A DNA stretch of 64,000 bases from Paraspadella gotoi. Taxonomy: Eukaryota; Animalia; Chaetognatha. The translations under genes and the position numbers were made by a program. The notes beneath the pieces are model-generated. The model was not told the DNA's origin and ran no database searches. It was given only the letters and a program-made list of their open reading frames with translations. The stretch is from contig CM119264.1 of NCBI GenBank assembly GCA_051294375.1, positions 11,259,832 through 11,323,831 of the forward strand. The letters run 5' to 3'. Shown here in pieces: positions 56,884 through 64,000 of this stretch (position 1 is the stretch's first letter; every line of letters starts with the position of its first letter).

Positions 56884-58791
56884 AACGAAAAACAAGGACG
56901 ACTTGATTAAAAGAAAAAAGCTGATATCATTACGATGAGAAAAGACAACGACGACGAGGATAACGGGGAAGAGGATCATGTCTTTCCTCACCAGCCCTCG
57001 TTGTTGTCGTCGTCGTCGTCTTCGTCGTCGTCGTCGTCGTCGTCGAGATTTGCTCTCACGATAACTTTCGATCTTATTTTTGGAGCACCTGTCGTCGCCG
57101 TCGTCGTTATCCTCGTCATCGTCTTTGTAATCGTCGTCGTTATCGTCGACGTCTTTGCATCGTAATTTCAGATTGAAAGGGATCGAAAACGCTGACGTTT
57201 TTCGTTGAATGATTTAACGTGCGCTTTCTGTGTAAACTGTCCTCGCGGAAAAGGGTCTGACTTAGTGACCCCGAAACGCTCATCCCCATTTTCACGCCCA
57301 CGCGGATTCGTTTTAGCGCTTCACGCCTCGTCACTCCCCGGCCCCTCCCCCTACCGCCACCCCGGACGAGCGCTCGATCGTTACGCGCCTCCTAAGTTGT
57401 ACAGTAAAGCTCGTCTTTTTCTCGTTTTCGAAAATTAAGACCCTCTTCCCCTCATCCTCAATCCGACGCCTCCGTCTTCTCATTTGCTGAGTTTTACTGT
57501 AAACCTGACTCGAGGGTTAACGAGAATCGGAGGGAAACCCCGGATGTAAGACGAGCATCTACATTTCCCAACTTACCCCCCCCCTTCCGCCTCCCCAAAC
57601 CCGAAATAGCATAAATTCGAAAGAATCCAGGTAGAAAATGGGAGAGAAAACCGTTTTTTAACTGCTTCTTCCCGCGAGCGCGAGATTTTTTTCGTTCCGT
57701 GTTGTAAAAAATAAAATTTTATATTCGACGTCGGACAAAATCGATCGAAGCGAAAACATTTTCTGACTTATTTATTTTTTAATTTAATAAAAATAATTCG
57801 ATAATAATATCAATAATATAATTTCGTTTAAAAACTACCCTCCCGAGTCCGACTTAGCCAAATTCTGCGACCGCCGTTATGTAGCGGGCGGTCTGCCGAA
57901 CGTTAAAACTTTTTTTAAATTGTCTAAAAATTATTATTTGAGTGTATTCAATTTCAGGACGTTGGTACAGTTTTCTGACTCACGACGTAAGGGTATTTTC
58001 GGTTGAGAAAAAAAGTTTTTTCTCTTTTTTAATTGAACGACGTTTCAATTTAATCCTCGCTATTTTATTCGACTAATGAGAAGAGAACGAAAGTTGAACA
58101 GCGACGACGATGTCGTTTGGGAATTGGTGAAGTTTCATTGTTGAAACAAGATCCGAAATTTAATAACACGCCTCGTTAATGTTATCTCGTTAGGCCGAAA
58201 CAACATTTTTCTTCCCAAACGGTTTTCGCCTCAATTTTTAGGTTTTTTTTGTTTTATATTTTTTTTTTGAGTTTTTCTTTTATTTTTATAATTTGTATTT
58301 TGTGTTGTCGAGTTTTAGTTTTGGAAGTTCTCTGTGTTTTCCGGCGTTGTCGTTGTCGTTGTCGTCGTAGTTCACTTAGTTTGCACTTGCGGTCGGCTAT
58401 TTCATCTTCATCGTCATTGTTATAAAATTTAAAAAACTTGATTTAATTATTCATCTTAATATTGAACATCACGAAAAAAAAGTAAAAATAGGTTCCTTTT
58501 ATCTCTACATCCTGCCCTTTTTGTTTCCTCTCTCTTTATTTCTTTCTTTCTTTCTTTCCTTTCTCTTTCTTTCTTTCTTTCTTCTTTCTTTCTTTCTTTC
58601 TTTCTTTCTTTCCTTTTCTTTCTTTCTTTCTTTTTCTTTCTTTGTCTTTTTTCTTTCTTTGTTCTTCTTTCTCTCTTTCTTTTATATTTCTTTCCTATTT
58701 CTTTCTTTTGTTTGCTCTTTCAATTCTCTATCTGAGCTTACTCGACGTTCTGTAACACAAATGAATATCGAACGAATAAGCCCGCCCCGGA

Positions 58792-58867
<76 letters not shown>

Positions 58868-60187
58868 CTCCTCTCTCTCTCTCTCTCTCTCCTACTCCGT
58901 CAGGCAAAGAAGCATTTGTCAATCGAAGAGATTTTCGAGGGAGAAATCGAATCTCAGTCATCGACAACATCTTAGTTTTGGTTTTGGTTTTTATTTTTCT
59001 GGTTCCTGTTTTTTTTCTTTCTCTTGATTTTGATATTCTAAGTTAGACATCGTGAATTTCCTTTCTTTTTCGTTGTGATTGCGTATTGGAAGACGTTTTT
59101 AATGTTTTTCTACAACGACTTTATTTGTAAAAACGTACATGTTTCGGCTTACATACAAGCCTTCTTCAGCGTTAACGATATTCTAAGTTAATAATTGTTA
59201 ATCGTTAATTGCTAATGATTTGTGATATACTAAATTGTTAAATTGCTGAACGAAACTTATCGTAATAAATTTTAAATGTTTCTTTTCCAGTGGCCCCACT
59301 TTTTTTCCTTCCAAAGCTAGTAGTAGTATTTTCCCTCGTAATATTTTTTTATATTTTTTCTACATTGCTATTAAAATGTTACCGGAAAAGATTTGCTTTG
59401 AAGGTGCATTTAACTAAATTGTAACAGTAGGGAGTACAAGTTATTTAAATTTGTTTTTATTTTCTCAAACAGCTAAAGAAAAACAACTCCAACGTCCTGT
59501 CAAAGTTGGGCAGACGACATCAAGAGAAATGTTGGCATCAAAAAGACCAGACTGGGAAATCGAGCAAATGTTCTTTTTCTTATGGCCCTTGTCGTTGTCG
59601 TTGTTGTTTTTGTCATTACTTTGATTTTCTTTTTTATCCTATGCAAAAAGTTAACATTGTGAAGGCTAAAGACAAAGATAGCATTATATTTTATCCGTAA
59701 TTATATTTGAAGTTAAAAAATTTTAAAAATTAACAAATCAAGAGGGCACATAAGCTCTCAGCTTCATCAAGAATAAAGTTCTTACATTTTATACATTTAA
59801 AACATTGTAATAAAAATTTAAGTACATGAATTAAATATATAAAACTGCATATTTTTTGATAACCGTTCTCCATAAACAAAGGAAATAGTTTTCTGAGTAT
59901 GATATTTCATCCCATATGTTAAATTTTTTCCGGATATAAAAAATTATCGATTCGCAAATCTCGAATTCCCACATCCGTTTTTTTTACGGCCACGTTCCAT
60001 CTCGTCGGTTTTTCCGGCAAAGTAGGATTTACGGGTTTGAGACAAGGCGGCACGTACCGATTTCCGGCAAAGTTGTATTAAAGGCTTCCAGTCAAGGTGT
60101 CGGCGAAATCTCAGAATTTGAATTTCCGAATTTATCGAAAAATAATACGATGACGTAGAATCTTTTTGCGATCTTTCAGTTACCGGA

Positions 60188-60245
<58 letters not shown>

Positions 60246-60546
60246 AGAGAGAGAAGAGAGAGAGAGAGAACGAGAGAGAGAGAACGAGAGAGAGAGAGAG
60301 AGAGTGATAGAAGAGAGAGAGTTAGAGAGAGAGAGAGATAGAAAAGGAGAGAGGCATGTTGGGGTAGACCGAAAAAAATAAAAACGGAATTGAACAGGAG
60401 AGGAAATTATGAATAATTCGCCCAATCGCCGACAAAAAAGGTCACGAGTTGGTTTCTGCTTCGAAGATCACGAATACAAGAAAAAAAAATTACTTCTTTC
60501 ATTTTTTGTTTAGTAGAGAGAGAGAGAGAAGAGAGAGAAGAGAGAG

Positions 60547-60593
<47 letters not shown>

Positions 60594-61874
60594 AGCTCGC
60601 GCGCTCACTTTCAAACGCGCGATTTTGCCCGACGCTAACGCGAAGGAGGAAGGCGAAAGAATCGCGCGCAAATCCGACGTCAACGGAAGTTGCGCACGCG
60701 ACGCGCGCCACACGCCACCGCGACGTGGAAAAAAAGCTTGGAGAAGGGAGGATGCCTTCTGGAGGCGGGGAAAAGGGCTGGGGGGGCATAGGGAGTGGGG
60801 CTGTTCTGTGGATTAGTTCTGACTCTGAGGTGGAAAATGCGATAAATGACAAGCGGAAATTGTGTAAAAATCAGAAATCGATTCGATTCCACGATCGTTC
60901 GATTTTTGGGCAGATGGCGGCGCCGTCGACAGAGTTTTTCTTCGGTAACCCGCGCCGCAATCGAGGACCCGCTGGCCATTGGCGGAGCAGCCCCAATCAT
61001 TGCCCCTTTCGTCCTTCCGCGCCGTCGCCCACAGCGCAGCGGCGGTCATCGCTAAAGCGTGAAATGTTGACTGGGATCCATTTAGAGAGCGGGGGAAAAA
61101 AAATTCTGCTCGGGGGAGTGAGGAATGTGGGAGAAAATGGGTGGGGAGAGAGATGTCGAAAGGTAGGGGAGATGAGTAAAAGGGGAGAAAGGGTGGGGAA
61201 AAAAAACAAGAGCGGCAGAAGATCCTCCCGCGGGCGGAACATGGAAAATATGGGCGAGGAAAAAAGAAAATTAAGGAAGAAACGGAAGGAAAGGGGAAAG
61301 AAAAAGAGAGAGAGAAATGGAACTGAGCCGAATGAAGGGGGAGCGTACTACAATGGAAGTACGCCCAAAGAGGGGGTTATGACGTTTTTAGTTGAAAGAG
61401 AAAGTGACGGATGTGACAACTTATTTTGAAAAAAAAAAGTAAATCGAAAACCGATGGGTTCATCTCTTTCGGCGTCGTTTTCGTCTTTATCGTTGTCACT
61501 GTCGTCGTCGTCGTCGTCGTCGTCCTTGTAAGGTGGTCGGCGGGCAGCGGCACGACGGAGCGGGCGGCGGCGGGCAGGCAAGCGGACGGAGAGGGCGGCG
61601 GCGGCGGTCATTGAAGACGAAAAAAGACATTATTTTTGTAAACCAGATGATGTTTTTACTTGACGACGTGAACCTTCAGCAATAGATTTTTTACACCTAA
61701 TAAAGATTCAAACTAATATTTTGAATGTTTTTGCTAAATATACTTCGATGTGATTAATAAGAATGCTAAAGAACATAAAATTAAGCGTTTTCTGCAGTTG
61801 ATTTGAGCCGAAGCAATGCCATGTGGTTGGGTCATATTGAATGATTCCTTCCTTTCTTTTATTCTTTCTTTTTT

Positions 61875-61965
<91 letters not shown>

Positions 61966-62550
61966 CTCTCTCTTTTCTTCTTTGTTCTTTCTTTCCCACT
62001 TGATCTCTATCTACTGTGTGGAGTGACAAAATACAGTGAGGCCTCCTTACTGCCTGGGAAGAAAACGAAAGAACCGCCTTAGCCAGTCAGCTTGCGCGAC
62101 TGCACAACACCGGCGGGCGCGGGCGCATCAGCTCGGGATCCCGTTAAGCGAAATGCCGGATGACCTTTTCCATGGAAAATTGAAAGCCTGGCCAGGGGGC
62201 GAGGAGGTAACCAGGTAAGCAGGATGTTTTTCTCTCTTTACAGAATTACTTTACCCAACAGCAAGAGATTAACGAGGAAATTAGCTACGTTTTATGTAAA
62301 AAGACTAATTTTTTATCTTCAAGTGTTACTTTTTTAAGATTGTAAGGCTCAGAGTCGGGGAGACAGCTTTTTCACCCGAAACTTTTTTTCTTTTTTTTGC
62401 GTTTGGAAAGAAAGAAGAAACCTTTTGCAAAAATTGGAAGATGCAGAGTCGCAAAAAAAAAGGAAATGTTTCTTAAAGTTAAATGGGTTTCAGAAGACAG
62501 TTTAAAAAAAGGAAAATAATAAAGAGACAAACATTGAGAAAAGGAGACGC

Positions 62551-62671
<121 letters not shown>

Positions 62672-62908
62672 CTGCCTCGTTTTTCCCTCGCTTTCCCGCG
62701 ACACAAGCTGGAGCCTTTTTTTTTTCGTTGGCCTTTGAGATTGTCAGTTCCGTTTAGCGAATTCGTTCGATGGCGTCTCGGTCGCCCGTTTAGCGCCTCT
62801 CCGGTCTCCGGTTCCTCCTCGACCTCCGCCATCGCCAGTTTCCGCCCGGCATTTCTTCCGCCATCGCCTGAATCCGCCCGGTACTTCCCCGCCTGTCGTT
62901 CGGAAACT

Positions 62909-62944
<36 letters not shown>

Positions 62945-64000
62945 GGATAATTCGGGCAGAAAACGGAAGAAAAGTCGACGAAGGCGAAAATTAAGGAAAA
63001 TTAATAAATCAGCCGCTTGGGACTTTTGACTGAGTCGAGAAGCGGAGACGGGAGACTGAGATTGGGCGTGGAGGACTTAGTTAGTGAGAGCGAGATGAGA
63101 GACAGAGATTCGGCGCTGAGCACTAAGCAGTGAGCATTTAGCGATTGAGGGTGATACTAAAATTGGGCGCTGAAGATTGAGCGATCGAGAGCGAGACGAG
63201 AGACTGAGATTGGGCGCTAAGGATCGAGTGACCGAGGGAAAGACGTTGACATTTGGGAGTGAATATGGAGAAAACAGGACGGAGAAACTACTACAGTTTG
63301 ACCAAATAAGTTACATGTTTGTAAAAATCAATAAGATCGTTATATTGCAGCGACATTATATCATCCTGTATTTTTGAATGCGCTCTTCTTCATTCTCTGA
63401 AAATTTTACTGCTTTTTGCTAAGCGATAAGGGCCGCTATTAACAATACGGTATATAGGCGCATTTTTGATTTAATATTATTTAATAAAGTACGCTCTTTC
63501 GGCGAAAAAAAAACAACAACTTGGGACTGGAAAAAAAATGGAGGTGCCATCCTGGATGGCATCCCACGTCCCCACCGCTCTCCGCCCTTCCTTCCGCATT
63601 TACGGCCGGCGCTCGAAAAACTGCCATTAGCTTTGTGAAAGTAACACAAAAGGCTGAACGGAGGAGGAAGGGATAGTACGCGGTCTCGAGGGAACAGAGG
63701 ATCGTAGCGGTTGAGGGGGGGGGGGGTGGGTGACGACTCCATTGGATGCAGCAGAAAACTTTAACGTCGCTTTTTTCATCCAATCAGATTTGTTACTGTT
63801 ATATTTAATTTTACTTTTCTGATATTAAGTTAATTTCGTCCTCTGACGTTAACAGTTGGTTATGGTTCATCCTCAGAGAGTATTTCTTATAAATTAATTC
63901 GTAAAATGTTACTATCACGACAATGAAGTTAAAAGTAGCGATTGTCATTTTGTCCGTTTCCATCGTGAGACTGACAGAGGGATTTGCGTGATTTTGAGAT

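Overview
Microsatellite-rich, intron-containing animal (invertebrate-like) genomic DNA with one 25-N scaffold gap. Most ORFs in the supplied track are artefacts of (AG)n, (AAAG)n and (GAC)n repeats. Genes reconstructed by hand from splice sites and phase: (1) the 3' nine exons of an OATP/SLCO transporter (+, 2497-9880); (2) two spliced antisense genes in or beside its introns, namely a 7-exon secreted protein with two three-finger/LU-like domains (3906-6067) and an unrecognised hydrophilic protein (1-2082); (3) a convergent PAP2-family PLPPR/PRG-like gene lacking the catalytic His (-, about 10448-47775); (4) an intronless 1493-aa ABCC/MRP transporter nested on the same strand in a 14-kb intron of gene 3. 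The main discovery is a family of roughly 260-bp elements (13347-13606, 45488-45744, decayed copy 4205-4476). The two intact copies have TGTGGC...GCCATA ends and a 4-bp target-site duplication (exact in one copy, 3/4 in the other). They also carry tRNA-type Pol III A/B boxes and a P5-type twister ribozyme whose P2, P4 and T1 pairings covary between copies. A 72-bp hairpin mini-element shares the same ends and TSD length. A 2-kb-arm palindrome ending at the gap is probably an assembly artefact. All calls come from manual reading; no database searches were run.
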